Shown piece after piece: positions 51,488 to 62,553 of a stretch of DNA of 64,000 nt. Origin of the DNA: Alphaproteobacteria bacterium (GTDB lineage: Bacteria > Pseudomonadota > Alphaproteobacteria > CAAHEQ01 > UBA3637); assembly GCA_017467335.1 (NCBI GenBank), contig JAFTSJ010000037.1:1078-65077 (forward strand), in the 5' to 3' direction. Made by a program: the position numbers and the translations under genes. The number at the start of each line of letters is the position of its first letter. The stretch's first letter is position 1. The notes beneath the pieces are model-generated. The model saw only the letters and a program-made list of their open reading frames with translations, was not told the origin of the DNA and ran no database searches.

Positions 51488-51705
51488 ACCGGAATGGACA
51501 AGTTATGGGTTAATGATATAAGAAGGAATATAAAACGTATCAAGGAAATCGTTTTGGTAGAGAAGTAAAAATTAAACAACATAATACGCTTATAAATTCA
51601 TAACTCTTATGCAAAAATTATCTTTTTAAGATAAGATTCTATTGAATTTTTATACAAAAAATATCGCTATATAAGGATTTTTAAGGCTCAATTATTTTTG
51701 AGCAG

Positions 51706-52185
51706 TCAAAAAGATGTTTCAAAAGAATTATCTGTTTCTTTTTGAGCCAAAGATTTAACCAAATCTAAAATATGATTAGCAACAACAGGATCCTTGATTG
51801 AAATAAATGCGTCAACAAGTTCACGTACAGAATTTTCCATTTCCATTGGAATTTCGGTAAATCCTTCATCAGCATCACAAAGGCAATCAGAGGCATATTG
51901 GGGAATATTATATCCCTTGAAAGAAAGAGAACGTTCAATACCATCAAAAAAATAACTGACAGGAATATTTAAAGTTCGGGCTAATTGCCATATACGACTA
52001 CCGGCAATGCGATTGCTTCCTTTTTCATATTTTTGTACTTGTTGAAATGAAATGCGAAGGCTTTTTGCCAATTGGTCTTGGCTTAAACCTAACAAATTAC
52101 GGCGAATACGTATTCTGGCACCAATATATTCGTCAATGGCATTTAAAACTTCTTCATTTGTATCTGAATCAAATATATCTGACAT
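51706..52185 (-). CDS. XRE-family helix-turn-helix transcriptional regulator
   Basis: HTH_3: IRRNLLGLSQDQLAKSLRISFQQVQKYEKGSNRI. I place the start at ATG 52185 with AAGGA upstream. Confidence 0.7.
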   Translation of the reverse strand: MSDIFDSDTNEEVLNAIDEYIGARIRIRRNLLGLSQDQLAKSLRISFQQVQKYEKGSNRIAGSRIWQLARTLNIPVSYFFDGIERSLSFKGYNIPQYASDCLCDADEGFTEIPMEMENSVRELVDAFISIKDPVVANHILDLVKSLAQKETDNSFETSF

Positions 52186-52285
52186 TTCATAAATCCTTAT
52201 GTATTTTTGTAAGATACATAAAATATCATGTTTTGTCAAATAAAATAATGCAATAAAAATAAATTTTATTATAATTTTTTAAATT

Positions 52286-53266
52286 TTACTTTGTTAATGT
52301 GCAAAAGATTTCAATGTGATTAGAATAAATAAATTGGTCAATCAATACGATTGTATGTAATTTATATCCGCCGTTATCAATGAGTTCCCGAATATCACGA
52401 GCAGCTGTTGATGGATTACACGATACCATGGCAATAAGTGGTATGTTTGTTTTAGATAATTGTTTGCATTGTAGTAAAGCACCGGCACGGGGCGGATCAA
52501 TAACAACGGCATCAATGTTTTTTAATTCTTCCGGTAGCAGAGGATTGCGAAATAAATCCCGTTCTTGTCCGATATGTCCCAAGGCTTTTAAACTATCAGA
52601 AGCAATATCATATCCAATGATATTTTTTCCTTTTTTAAATAAAGGTTTGGTGAATGTACCTGAACCGCAAAATAAGTCAACAACATTTTTTTTGTCTTGA
52701 ATGGCATTACATACAAGGTTAATTAAAATTTCTTCACCTTCTTGAGATGGTTGTAAAAAAGAATCAGGAGCAAAAGGTAATTGTACAGATTGAACAATCG
52801 GTTCGTGATTATACATAATGCGAGCAATATTATGAGTTGAAGCAAATTGTGCTAATATTTCCCGTTGATGTAAAGAAGGGGGATTGCTTTCTCTTTTAAT
52901 ATGTATATCAATTCCATAAGGCGTTGATAAGACACTGATATCTCCAGAACCTTTTAAATTTTGAACTAAAATTTTTAAATGTGGTAAAAATTCCGATAAC
53001 TCCGGTACAAGAGCAGGGCAAGAATCTAATGGGACAATTTGATGACTTTTATAGCCGTTAAAACCGATGATTCCTTTCCTAAAAGCAAAAGTTGCTCTGC
53101 GTCTTCGACCAAATGGAATGCAAATTGTTTTTTCAATATCAATATGTAAGTGATAATCCGAAAATGATTTTTTTACAAAATTTTCTTTTTTTTGAACATA
53201 TTGTGTCTGCTCCATATCTTGATACAAACACCCGCCACATTTGCCGAAAAAAACACATTTTGACAT
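52286..53266 (-). CDS. RNA (uracil-5-)-methyltransferase family protein (RlmD/TrmA-like, N-terminal Cys cluster)
   Basis: CVFFGKCGGC Fe-S-type Cys cluster and SAM motif VVDLFCGSGTFT; 326 aa. Confidence 0.75.
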   Translation of the reverse strand: MSKCVFFGKCGGCLYQDMEQTQYVQKKENFVKKSFSDYHLHIDIEKTICIPFGRRRRATFAFRKGIIGFNGYKSHQIVPLDSCPALVPELSEFLPHLKILVQNLKGSGDISVLSTPYGIDIHIKRESNPPSLHQREILAQFASTHNIARIMYNHEPIVQSVQLPFAPDSFLQPSQEGEEILINLVCNAIQDKKNVVDLFCGSGTFTKPLFKKGKNIIGYDIASDSLKALGHIGQERDLFRNPLLPEELKNIDAVVIDPPRAGALLQCKQLSKTNIPLIAMVSCNPSTAARDIRELIDNGGYKLHTIVLIDQFIYSNHIEIFCTLTK

Positions 53267-53415
53267 TTGAACCCTATCCTTTGTTTAACATATTGATAAA
53301 AAAGATTTTTTTTGAAAATAGCATTTTTGTTGTATTCTGTCAATAAAATTATTTGACTTCACTTAAAAAAAAAGATAAATTTAAACGAGTTTTAACGTGA
53401 TTGTAAAGGATTAAA

Positions 53416-54894
53416 ATGACTGAAATACAAAATACAGGCCATGAACAACGCCAAGTTCGTTTGTCAAAATTGCAAGCATTGGAAGCAAAAGGCATCAATG
53501 CCTATCCGCAAATTTATCGACCAACGGCAACATCTAAATCGTTAGCACAAACCTATGCAGAATTACCAAATGACACGCAAACACAAGACGTTGTGGCGGT
53601 CGCCGGTCGTATCAGAGCCATTCGTAATTCCGGTATGTTTATTGATATTTATGATCCCAGTGGAAAAATACAAATTTATACATCAAAGGAACATAGTTCT
53701 GCCGAATTATTAGAGATGTTATCCTTTTTAGATATAGGGGATATCATTGGTGTAGAAGGTACAGTCAGACGTACGAAACGAGGGGAATTATCCGTCAGTT
53801 CGGAAAAAATAACGATGTTAGCAAAGGCTTTATTACCTTTGCCGGAAAAATTTCATGGTTTAACGGATACGGATACCAAGTACCGCCAACGTTATTTGGA
53901 TATGATTATGAATCCGGAAACAACAGCGACGTTGATTAAACGGTCAAAAATTATTACAACGATACGAACTTTATTGTTAGAACAAGGATTGTTAGAAGTT
54001 GAAACACCTATTTTACACGTTATTAAAGGTGGAGCAACGGCGAAACCGTTTATTACACATCATAACGCATTAGATATGGATTTATTTTTGCGTGTTGCTC
54101 CTGAATTACATTTAAAAAGGTTGATTGTTGGTGGTTTAGAAGGTGTTTTTGAAATCGGTCGTAATTTTAGAAACGAAGGAATTGATACCCGTCATAATCC
54201 TGAATTTACAATGATGGAAATTTATCGTCAGTATAATGATTATACGGATATGATGACATTATTTGAACAAATGGTAGAAGCAGCAGCGTTGGCTGTCAAC
54301 GGAACAACCGAAGTCGAAATTGACGGGAAAAAGATTGATTTAAAAGGTCCATATCCACGCCGTCCGATGGCAGAGTTGGTCAGAGAGTATGCTAAAATAG
54401 ATTTCTTGTCTATTCAAACAGATGAAGAAGCTCGTCAGGCTGCAAGGAGTGTCGGTGTTAATGTCGATGATAATGCTGATTGGGGACATTGTATGGCTGC
54501 TGTTTTTGAAGAAAAATGTGAATGTCATTTAATCCAACCGACCCATGTTATTGATCATCCGAAATCTATTTCACCGCTAACGAAAGAACACCGTTCCGAT
54601 TCACGGTTGGTTGAACGTTTTGAAACGTTTGTTAATACATGGGAAATGTGTAATGCGTATTCAGAATTGACCAATCCGTTGGATCAAAAAGCTCGTTTTG
54701 AAGAACAGGTTAAAGCCCGTGAAGCAGGTGATGATGAAGCTGATATGATGGATGATGATTTTGTTACGGCTTTGGAACATGGTATGCCTCCGACAGGTGG
54801 TTTAGGTGTTGGTTTAGATAGATTGATTATGGTTTTAACATCAAATTTGTCAATTCGGGATATTATTGCATTTCCAACAATGCGTAAGAAATAA
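53416..54894 (+). CDS. lysS: lysine--tRNA ligase, class II
   Basis: N-terminal OB anticodon-binding domain (VAVAGRIRAIRNSGMFIDIYD) and class II motifs 2/3 (FRNEGIDTRHNPEFTMME; GLGVGLDRLIMVLT); 492 aa. Confidence 0.9.
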   Translation: MTEIQNTGHEQRQVRLSKLQALEAKGINAYPQIYRPTATSKSLAQTYAELPNDTQTQDVVAVAGRIRAIRNSGMFIDIYDPSGKIQIYTSKEHSSAELLEMLSFLDIGDIIGVEGTVRRTKRGELSVSSEKITMLAKALLPLPEKFHGLTDTDTKYRQRYLDMIMNPETTATLIKRSKIITTIRTLLLEQGLLEVETPILHVIKGGATAKPFITHHNALDMDLFLRVAPELHLKRLIVGGLEGVFEIGRNFRNEGIDTRHNPEFTMMEIYRQYNDYTDMMTLFEQMVEAAALAVNGTTEVEIDGKKIDLKGPYPRRPMAELVREYAKIDFLSIQTDEEARQAARSVGVNVDDNADWGHCMAAVFEEKCECHLIQPTHVIDHPKSISPLTKEHRSDSRLVERFETFVNTWEMCNAYSELTNPLDQKARFEEQVKAREAGDDEADMMDDDFVTALEHGMPPTGGLGVGLDRLIMVLTSNLSIRDIIAFPTMRKK

Positions 54895-54965
54895 AAGACA
54901 CCTTGAATTTACACTATTTTGAAATTATTTTTAGTTAGTTCTTTTATGCGATAAGGAGAGGAAAA

Positions 54966-55232
54966 ATGAACAAAGAAGAAATGAAAACAAAAATGCAAAA
55001 AATTTTGGAACTTAAAGAACCGGTTTTTATTGAAAAATTGGCTCCGGCACTGTCCAAGTATGCTCAAATTGTTTATTTAATCGGCTTGGTTATTTTGGCC
55101 TTTGCCATTTTGGGTTCAATTATTGCGTTGTTTGGTAGTCCGATGGCAGCATTAGGCGGATTATTATTCACATTGATTGAATTTGTTTTGTTGCGTATGT
55201 TCTGTGAATTTTTGGTAACATACAAAAAATAA
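54966..55232 (+). CDS. hypothetical small membrane protein (88 aa)
   Basis: Two hydrophobic helices and a reasonable SD AAGGAGAGG. Confidence 0.4.
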   Translation: MNKEEMKTKMQKILELKEPVFIEKLAPALSKYAQIVYLIGLVILAFAILGSIIALFGSPMAALGGLLFTLIEFVLLRMFCEFLVTYKK

Positions 55233-55238
55233 AAACAA

Positions 55239-55315
55239 GTTCCCGTAGCTCAGTAGGATAGAGCGTAGGATTCCTAATCCTGAGGCCGTGGGTTCGATTC
55301 CCTCCGGGAACGCCA
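55239..55315 (+). tRNA. tRNA-Arg (anticodon CCU)
   Basis: 77 nt. Acceptor stem GTTCCCG/CGGGAAC; anticodon stem TAGGA/TCCTG with loop TTCCTAA; T loop TTCGATT; CCA encoded; one U-U mismatch in the T stem. Confidence 0.85.
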
Positions 55316-55343
55316 TTTCATTTGAGATGGTCGGTTTAAATGA

Positions 55344-55381
55344 TTAACCTGAAATAAGCATATATTTCAGGTTAATTTTTT
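55344..55381 (+). terminator. rho-independent terminator after tRNA-Arg (ttaacctgaaata / tatttcaggttaa + T6)
   Basis: gattaacctgaaataagcatatatttcaggttaatttttta. Confidence 0.75.
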
Positions 55382-55479
55382 AGAGAAATAATTGATTGAA
55401 TAGGATTTTACTTGACAATTTGCAGGGAAAAGGTTATAAAACGCCGATAAGATTTTTTTGTTAAGTGAAGGGAGAAAAG

Positions 55480-55869
55480 ATGTTGGGAATTGTTTTGGTT
55501 GGTCATGGCGATTTGCCTAAATCAATGTTGGCTGTTGTTGAGCATGTTGTTGGTCACACAGACGGAATGACATGTGTTTGTATTGATGTAACAGATGATA
55601 TTGAAGAAAAACGCCATGAAATTTTGGATAAAACAATTTCTGTTGACAGTGGTGACGGAGTTGTTGTTGTAACGGACATGTTTGGTGGTACACCGTCTAA
55701 TTTAGCTATTTCAATTATGGAAGAACGTAATATTGAAGTTATTTCCGGTATGAATGTTCCTATGTTGATTAAATTGGCAGAAGAACGGTCAGAAACAATG
55801 CAAACAGCTGTCAAAAAAGCACAAGAAACCGCCCGAAAATATATCAATATTGCATCTAATTTACTATAA
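55480..55869 (+). CDS. PTS EIIA component, mannose/fructose family (regulatory ManX-type EIIA)
   Basis: MLGIVLVGHGDLPKSM with the phosphorylatable His in VGHG. ATG 55480 lies 6 nt after GGGAG. Confidence 0.8.
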   Translation: MLGIVLVGHGDLPKSMLAVVEHVVGHTDGMTCVCIDVTDDIEEKRHEILDKTISVDSGDGVVVVTDMFGGTPSNLAISIMEERNIEVISGMNVPMLIKLAEERSETMQTAVKKAQETARKYINIASNLL

Positions 55870-55876
55870 GGATGTG

Positions 55877-56155
55877 ATGATGCCTGTTTTGCAAGAAAAA
55901 ATAACAATACAAAATTTGAAAGGTATGCACGCTCGTGCCACATCTGCATTTGTTAAGGTTGCTTCTGAATTTCAAAGTGATATTACAATAATCAAGTCAG
56001 ACGGAACAACTGCCTCCGGAAAATCTATTATGGATATTTTGATGTTAGCTATTCCTTTGGGCGAAGAAATTACATTATGTATTGATGGGTCTGATGCACA
56101 GAAAGCCATGATTTCATTAACGAATTTAATCAATAATCGATTTGGGGAAGATTAA
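55877..56155 (+). CDS. ptsH: phosphocarrier protein HPr/NPr
   Basis: ITIQNLKGMHARATSAFV contains the His15 region GxHARxA; ~92 aa. Confidence 0.8.
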   Translation: MMPVLQEKITIQNLKGMHARATSAFVKVASEFQSDITIIKSDGTTASGKSIMDILMLAIPLGEEITLCIDGSDAQKAMISLTNLINNRFGED

Positions 56156-56167
56156 CAAGGAGTAACA

Positions 56168-57061
56168 ATGAATATTGTTGAAGATATGCAACGAGCAGAT
56201 ACTTATGAAATAAAATTTTTGTTGCAACCGCAACTTGTTCCGATATATGAAATGGTTTTGGAAAATATAGCCTCTGCCGTTTTAACGGTTATGATTGAAC
56301 ACGGAAAAAATAAAGGTTTATGGGAAGTACAGGCTATTTTTGAAAATGAACCGAATGAATTAGATGTTACAAATGCCATGAAACAAGCGGCTGAAATTTC
56401 AAATACGCCCGAAATAAAGGTGAATATTGTTAAAATGCCGGCTAAAAATTGGTTGGCTGAATGTTATCAAAGTTTTCAACCGATTACTATCGGAAAATAT
56501 TGTATTTATGGTTCGCACATAACAGATACACTTCCGGATGATAAAATTACCTTAAAAATTGATGCCGCAACGGCTTTTGGTACAGGAGAACACCAAACAA
56601 CACATGGTTGTTTGGAAGCCTTGACTCATTTAAAAATAACTCCGCAAAAAGTTTTGGATGTCGGTTGCGGATCCGGTATTTTGGCTATGGCTTACGCTAA
56701 AACATATCAAAAGTCGGTTGATGCAGTTGATATTGATGAAGAATCTGTTCGTGTGGCAACTGAAAATGCCAAAGAAAATAATTTAAGCCACTTAATTCGT
56801 GTTTGGCAAAGTTGTGGCTATGAGAAAGTGACTGAAAAATATGATTTAATTTTATGTAATATCTTGGCTCGTCCTTTAATGGACATGGCGTTGGATTTAA
56901 AAAATCATTTAACGGTTGGCGGACAAGCTATTTTATCCGGATTTTTAAATCGACAAGAACGATGGGTTTTAAAATCTCATACGGATATTGGTTTAAAATT
57001 AGTTGAAAAATATCGTATAAACGGTTGGAGTACACTTGTTGTATCAAAAGAGGAAGAATAA
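56168..57061 (+). CDS. prmA: ribosomal protein L11 methyltransferase
   Basis: VLDVGCGSGILAMA SAM motif and PrmA N-domain; 297 aa. Confidence 0.85.
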   Translation: MNIVEDMQRADTYEIKFLLQPQLVPIYEMVLENIASAVLTVMIEHGKNKGLWEVQAIFENEPNELDVTNAMKQAAEISNTPEIKVNIVKMPAKNWLAECYQSFQPITIGKYCIYGSHITDTLPDDKITLKIDAATAFGTGEHQTTHGCLEALTHLKITPQKVLDVGCGSGILAMAYAKTYQKSVDAVDIDEESVRVATENAKENNLSHLIRVWQSCGYEKVTEKYDLILCNILARPLMDMALDLKNHLTVGGQAILSGFLNRQERWVLKSHTDIGLKLVEKYRINGWSTLVVSKEEE

Positions 57062-58728
57062 TGCCTCATTCACTCTATAAACAGATAAAACAATTTATAT
57101 CAGAAACAGATTTTGACGGAATTTTGATAACACGGTTTGATTCGTTTTTAGGAGAATATTTTCCTCCTGATGTAACTTGCTTAAAAAATGTCACCGGTGG
57201 TTTTTCCGGTTCAGCCGGATTGGCTTTAATAACACAAGATGATAATATTTTGTTTGTTGATTCCAGATATACGTTACAAGCCAAAAAACAAACGTTTTTT
57301 AAGGTATTTGAAGTACCAAGTGAAACAACTCCTTCGGCATGGATAAAGCAACATTTAAAAGGAAAAAAAATTGCTTTTGACCCTCGGAAGCATTCCGTTA
57401 CATGGTATTTACAATTTTCGCAAATGTTATCGTCTGAACAAATTGAATTATCTCCTCTTTCAAAAGAGGAAACAGAAAAATTATTTCCTCAAAAACAATT
57501 TATTCAGACAGATGTTTTTGATTATGATGTTCAATATTCAGGTCAAAGTGTTTCGGATAAGAAAAATGAAATAGTTAAATTTTTACAAAAGGATAATTTA
57601 GATTGTTTTGTTATTACTTCACCTGAAAATGTTTCGTGGTTATTAAATAAACGAGCTGGAACGGTTTCGGAATATCCGGTTGTTTTCGAACAAGGGATAA
57701 TAGATATATATGGACATTATGAACCTTTAAATATAAAGCGTCTTTCGCATTTAAAAGGGAAACGAATCGGGGTTGATTTATCTCAAACATCTTATGCTTT
57801 ATACGATATAATCAAGTTATTTGCTGAAATTGTGCCTGTTCAAGATCCGATTAACAAATTGAAAGCAATCAAAAACAAAATAGAAATAGCGAATATAAAG
57901 CAAGCATGTTTATCTGAAAGTAAAACAATTTGTCGTTTTTTGTCTTGGATTGAATTAAATAAATCTCATATTACAGAAATGCAATGCGATTTTTATTTAA
58001 AACAACTTCGATGTGAAGATAAACTTTATTTTGCAGATAGTTTTGAAACGATTGCCGCAGTTGGGGAACATGCGGCACGAGCTCATTATCGGGCTGATGA
58101 ATCTTCTGATACCTTGATAACGACTTCTGCTTTGTTGCTGGTTGATACCGGGGGACATTATTTAAACGGTACAACGGATATGACACGAACGATTGCCGTT
58201 GGTCAACCGAGTGATATGATGAAAAAACGCTATACACAGGTTTTACAAGGGCATATTGATTTAGCGATGAGTTCTTTAAAAGTAACCGATACAACGGCTG
58301 AAATGGATAAAAAAGCCCATCATTGGTTACGATTGGATAACGTTGATTATCATCATGGTACGAGCCATGGAATCGGTATGTTTTTGGCCGTACACGAAAC
58401 ACCTCCGGTTGTTCATGAGAGAGATACACATGGTATGATATCCGGTATGGTTTTTTCAAATGAACCGGCTTATTACGATTCAGAGGCCGGTTATGGTATT
58501 CGTCTTGAAAACATGTTATTATCTGTTCAACAAGATGATGAAACTCTTGTTTTTGAAAATTTGCTGTTTATTCCGTTTGATTATCGACTTGTTTTATTTG
58601 ATATGTTAACTCAGGAACAGAAAAATTGGTTAAAACACTATCACAAACAAATTGAAGAACGTATTTTTCCTTTACTTGATGCAGAAACAAAAAAAATTTT
58701 AAAACCGTTTGTTGATGCTTTTCAATAA
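57061..58728 (+). CDS. Xaa-Pro aminopeptidase (M24B family)
   Basis: Pita-bread metal ligands HGTSHGIG...NEPAYY...IRLEN. The start overlaps the prmA stop (TAATG). Confidence 0.8.
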   Translation: MPHSLYKQIKQFISETDFDGILITRFDSFLGEYFPPDVTCLKNVTGGFSGSAGLALITQDDNILFVDSRYTLQAKKQTFFKVFEVPSETTPSAWIKQHLKGKKIAFDPRKHSVTWYLQFSQMLSSEQIELSPLSKEETEKLFPQKQFIQTDVFDYDVQYSGQSVSDKKNEIVKFLQKDNLDCFVITSPENVSWLLNKRAGTVSEYPVVFEQGIIDIYGHYEPLNIKRLSHLKGKRIGVDLSQTSYALYDIIKLFAEIVPVQDPINKLKAIKNKIEIANIKQACLSESKTICRFLSWIELNKSHITEMQCDFYLKQLRCEDKLYFADSFETIAAVGEHAARAHYRADESSDTLITTSALLLVDTGGHYLNGTTDMTRTIAVGQPSDMMKKRYTQVLQGHIDLAMSSLKVTDTTAEMDKKAHHWLRLDNVDYHHGTSHGIGMFLAVHETPPVVHERDTHGMISGMVFSNEPAYYDSEAGYGIRLENMLLSVQQDDETLVFENLLFIPFDYRLVLFDMLTQEQKNWLKHYHKQIEERIFPLLDAETKKILKPFVDAFQ

Positions 58729-58791
58729 GGTTATCTTGACAATCAACCTATTTTGTGATAGCAAAAATACATAAGAAATAAAGGCAATGAA

Positions 58792-59280
58792 ATGAATGGA
58801 ACAACAATTAAAAATGGTTCGATAGCAACCAATCGAAAAGCTCGTTTTAATTATGAAATTATTGAAACCTATGAAACGGGTATTGTTTTGACCGGAGCAG
58901 AAGTGAAATCACTTCGGGCCGGACATGCGACTATCAATGAAAGTTATGCAACAATTCAAGATGGTGAATTATACTTAATTAACGCTCATATTACGGAATA
59001 TGGGGCAGCCAAAGGTGGTTTTGTTAAGCAAGTTGCTTCCCGACCACGCAAATTACTGGTTCATCGCAAAGAATTAAATAAATTGATGGGAGCAATACAG
59101 CAAAAAGGAAAAACACTTGTTCCTTTAGATTTGTATTTTAACCCGAGAGGCAAGGTCAAAGTTCGTATCGGATTAGCAAGTGGTAAAAATACCGTTGATA
59201 AACGGGAAGATATAAAAACAAGAGATTGGAACCGTGAAAAACAACGTATAATGGCACACTATAACAGTGGAAAAAAATAA
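58792..59280 (+). CDS. smpB: SsrA-binding protein
   Basis: ARFNYEIIETYETGIVLTGAEVKSLR; 162 aa. Confidence 0.9.
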   Translation: MNGTTIKNGSIATNRKARFNYEIIETYETGIVLTGAEVKSLRAGHATINESYATIQDGELYLINAHITEYGAAKGGFVKQVASRPRKLLVHRKELNKLMGAIQQKGKTLVPLDLYFNPRGKVKVRIGLASGKNTVDKREDIKTRDWNREKQRIMAHYNSGKK

Positions 59281-59399
59281 TGTTTCTTTTGGCAAAAATA
59301 TGTCTTGTTTCAAAATAAAATTAAATAAAAGTCTTGATTTTTCAAAATAAATAAAGTAGGTTTGTCTTTGTTGTATATTTTTTTATGAGGAGATTTGTT

Positions 59400-61166
59400 A
59401 TGCATCAATATCGTACACATACTTGTGGTGCTTTGCGGGCAAGTGATGAAGGTAAAATTGTTCGTTTATCCGGTTGGATTCATCGGAAACGAGATCACGG
59501 TAATTTATTATTTATTGATTTACGTGATAATTACGGTATTACACAATGTGTATTAGATACATCAAGCCCTCATTTTACTACATTGGAAAAAGTTCGTCCG
59601 GAATCGGTTGCTCGTATTGACGGAACGGTTATTTTACGTGTTCCTGAAACAGTTAACGCTAAAATGCCGACCGGTGAAATTGAAATTCAAGTTTCCGATG
59701 TTTCGATTTTATCTCAAGCGGATGTTTTACCGATTCAGGTGGTTGCAGATACGGAAGATTTGTCGGAAGAACAACGCTTAACGTATCGTTTTTTGGATTT
59801 ACGGCGTGAAAAACCCCATGCTAATATTTTGTTACGTAATAACTTTATTCGTTCGTTACGTCAGCGGATGTGGGCGGCCGGTTTTAATGAATTTCAAACA
59901 CCAATTTTAACATCTTCTTCACCGGAAGGGGCTCGGGATTTTCTTGTTCCGTCACGGTTACATGCCGGTAAATTTTATGCATTACCACAAGCTCCGCAAC
60001 AATTTAAACAATTGTTAATGGTTTCCGGTTTTGACAGATATTTTCAAATTGCACCGTGTTTTCGTGATGAAGATGCTCGGGCAGATCGTTCTCCGGGTGA
60101 ATTTTATCAATTAGATATTGAAATGTCTTTTGTAACGCAGGATGAAATTTTTGCTACGGTTGAACCGATTATTCATGATGTTTTTGTTGAATTTGCTCCA
60201 AAAGCTGTTATTACGCCGGCTCCATTTGTTCATATTCCATATAAAACCTCTATGGTAAAATATGGAACAGATAAACCGGATTTAAGAAATCCGCTTGAAA
60301 TTGTCGATGTATCTGAAATTTTTGATGGGTCATCATTTGGTTTATTTGCTAACCAAGTTGCTCAAGGTGGATTTGTTCGTGCTATTAAGACAAAAGGAAC
60401 GGCTTCAAAACCACGTAGCTGGTTTGATAAAATGAATGCTTTTGCCGTTGAATCCGGTTTTGGCGGTTTGGGTTATATTACATTTGCTACGGAAGGTAAC
60501 AAAGGACCGATTGCTAAAAATTTAGATACAGACCGTATCAATCGTTTAGCAGAAATGACAAATGCCCAAGTTGGTGATAGCGTTTTCTTTGTTTGTGGTA
60601 AAGGTGATAAAACAGCCAAATTTGCCGGTCAAGTTCGGACATTGTTGGGAAATGAATTGGATTTGATTGATAAAAATCAATTCTGCTTCTGTTGGATTAC
60701 GGATTTCCCGTTCTATGAACAAAATGAAGAAACCGGTGAAATTGAATTTTCTCATAATCCGTTTTCAATGCCACAAGGTGAAATGGAAGCCTTGTTAAAT
60801 AAAAATCCATTAGATATTTACGCTTACCAGTTTGATATGGTTTGTAATGGTTATGAAATTTTATCAGGTGCCATTCGTAATCATCGACCGGATATTATGT
60901 ATAAAGCATTTGAAATTGCCGGATATGGTCCGGAAGTTGTTGAACAAAAATTTGCCGGTATGTTGAATGCGTTTAAGTTTGGGGCTCCTCCGCACGGTGG
61001 ATGTGCTTTTGGTATTGACAGACTTGTTATGTTGTTAACGGATGAAGATTATATTCGGGAAGTTATTGCTTTCCCATTGACACAACAAGGACTTGATTTG
61101 TTAATGAAGGCACCGTCAGAGGTAACTGAAAAACAATTACGAGAATTACATATTAAATTACGTTAA
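59400..61166 (+). CDS. aspS: aspartate--tRNA ligase
   Basis: OB-fold N-terminus ([21 protein letters not shown]), class II motifs ([20 protein letters not shown]; [13 protein letters not shown]) and a GAD insertion. ATG 59400 lies 8 nt after GAGGAG. Confidence 0.9.
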   Translation: MHQYRTHTCGALRASDEGKIVRLSGWIHRKRDHGNLLFIDLRDNYGITQCVLDTSSPHFTTLEKVRPESVARIDGTVILRVPETVNAKMPTGEIEIQVSDVSILSQADVLPIQVVADTEDLSEEQRLTYRFLDLRREKPHANILLRNNFIRSLRQRMWAAGFNEFQTPILTSSSPEGARDFLVPSRLHAGKFYALPQAPQQFKQLLMVSGFDRYFQIAPCFRDEDARADRSPGEFYQLDIEMSFVTQDEIFATVEPIIHDVFVEFAPKAVITPAPFVHIPYKTSMVKYGTDKPDLRNPLEIVDVSEIFDGSSFGLFANQVAQGGFVRAIKTKGTASKPRSWFDKMNAFAVESGFGGLGYITFATEGNKGPIAKNLDTDRINRLAEMTNAQVGDSVFFVCGKGDKTAKFAGQVRTLLGNELDLIDKNQFCFCWITDFPFYEQNEETGEIEFSHNPFSMPQGEMEALLNKNPLDIYAYQFDMVCNGYEILSGAIRNHRPDIMYKAFEIAGYGPEVVEQKFAGMLNAFKFGAPPHGGCAFGIDRLVMLLTDEDYIREVIAFPLTQQGLDLLMKAPSEVTEKQLRELHIKLR

Positions 61167-61225
61167 TTTTTCATACAAATATCACTTTTGAACGTTATCT
61201 CAAAAGTTAAACAATAAAAAAAAGT

Positions 61226-61277
61226 CCCCTTGAAGATTATGATTGCAATATTCAAGGGGATAATTTATTTTTTTTAT
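61226..61277 (+). terminator. putative terminator 1 after aspS (ccccttgaa / ttcaagggg + T-rich)
   Basis: gtccccttgaagattatgattgcaatattcaaggggataatttattttttttat. Confidence 0.5.
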
Positions 61278-61283
61278 TTTAAG

Positions 61284-61313
61284 AAAACTTCTTGTATCGG
61301 CAAGAAGTTTTTT
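61284..61313 (+). terminator. terminator 2 after aspS (aaaacttcttg / caagaagtttt, 11-bp stem + T-tract)
   Basis: gaaaacttcttgtatcggcaagaagttttttactttttttt. Confidence 0.7.
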
Positions 61314-61335
61314 ACTTTTTTTTAATACTTATGTA

Positions 61336-62553
61336 TTGAAAAGAAAAGATTTTATTGACAATAGTCTTTTGTATTCCTATGTCAAAAATCAAAGGCTGAT
61401 TAAAGGAAAAAACATGATTTTTGATTTTTTATTGTTAGTAATTGTCAGTATTAGTGTTATTTTTATTTTATATAAAATGATAATAAAAGTTTATATCGTG
61501 ACAAAAATACGTCAGGCATCTGATGTCGAAACGTGTATTTTACGTCCCGAAACGATTTTAATAACGCGTCAATATAATGCCATAAAAACAACACTACAGT
61601 CAGTTCTTGTTTTTCCTCACATCAGCGGATTTATAGAAAAAGTATTTGTCCATAAAGGTCAATATGTTAAAGCAGGAGAATTGCTTTTTACCATTCAACA
61701 GCGGCAATATTTAGTTCAAAAAGAAATAACGTATGCTAATTTAAAACGAGCTCAATCCCTTCTCAATCAGGCACAGCAATATTTGTATAAATCTGAACAG
61801 CAACAAGATAAGTCTGAGGCAGAAGTTTATCAAGCACAGCAATCATTTTTAACAGCTCAAACAAATGTATCAAAAGCTGAAAACGAATTTAAAATAGCGG
61901 ATACAAATTTTTCTTATACATTTATACGTTCTCCGATTGAAGGAAGTATTCAAGAATTAAATACCATGAAGGGAAATTACGTATCACCGGCAGGGTGTTT
62001 TTTAGCGAAAATAATCAATGCTTCAAAAACATCTGTCATGATTAAAATACCAAAAAATCAATATCTTCAATATGTTAAAAATAAACAAACGGAGTGTGTT
62101 TTTAAAATACAATCATCCGGTAATTTTATTTTTTCACAAAGCGGTATTTTAAAACAAGTTGAAGATGATTGTACTTTAGGTGAAAAAATGATGTGTTTGT
62201 ATATTGATTTTCCTCAAATATATAATCGACTTGATACGGCTGAACATTTGATTGTTTCAATGAATTGTAAGCAAAAAAATGTTTTATTGGTTGATGAAAA
62301 TTTAGTTTATAACGTGGGAAAACGACCATATGTATATTTAGCCTTTCAAGGAAAAATAAAGCGAAGAGCTATTGTTATTGGGGAAAAAATTGATCATCGA
62401 TATATTGTCAAAAAAGGTTTAAATGCCAATGATGAATTGATTACAACCCATATACAACCAATACAAATCGGGTACAAAATTGTATCACAAATCAGACGTA
62501 TCTACTTAAATAAAATTGTTTTAGAAAGGAAAATAAAAGAGGTTAAAGCATGA
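61336..62553 (+). CDS. HlyD-family membrane-fusion (periplasmic adaptor) protein, orphan
   Basis: N-terminal TM (FLLLVIVSISVIFILY), lipoyl-like hairpin GFIEKVFVHKGQYVKAGELLFTI, a long coiled coil, and a second hairpin half IRSPIEGSIQELNTMKGNYVSP. No pump gene is adjacent. The start may be the internal Met at 61414. Confidence 0.6.
   Translation: MKRKDFIDNSLLYSYVKNQRLIKGKNMIFDFLLLVIVSISVIFILYKMIIKVYIVTKIRQASDVETCILRPETILITRQYNAIKTTLQSVLVFPHISGFIEKVFVHKGQYVKAGELLFTIQQRQYLVQKEITYANLKRAQSLLNQAQQYLYKSEQQQDKSEAEVYQAQQSFLTAQTNVSKAENEFKIADTNFSYTFIRSPIEGSIQELNTMKGNYVSPAGCFLAKIINASKTSVMIKIPKNQYLQYVKNKQTECVFKIQSSGNFIFSQSGILKQVEDDCTLGEKMMCLYIDFPQIYNRLDTAEHLIVSMNCKQKNVLLVDENLVYNVGKRPYVYLAFQGKIKRRAIVIGEKIDHRYIVKKGLNANDELITTHIQPIQIGYKIVSQIRRIYLNKIVLERKIKEVKA

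Noticed and set aside
58735-58770. TTGACA hexamer upstream of smpB
   Set aside because: No acceptable -10 at 16-18 bp (TAGCAA is 3/6); too weak to call.
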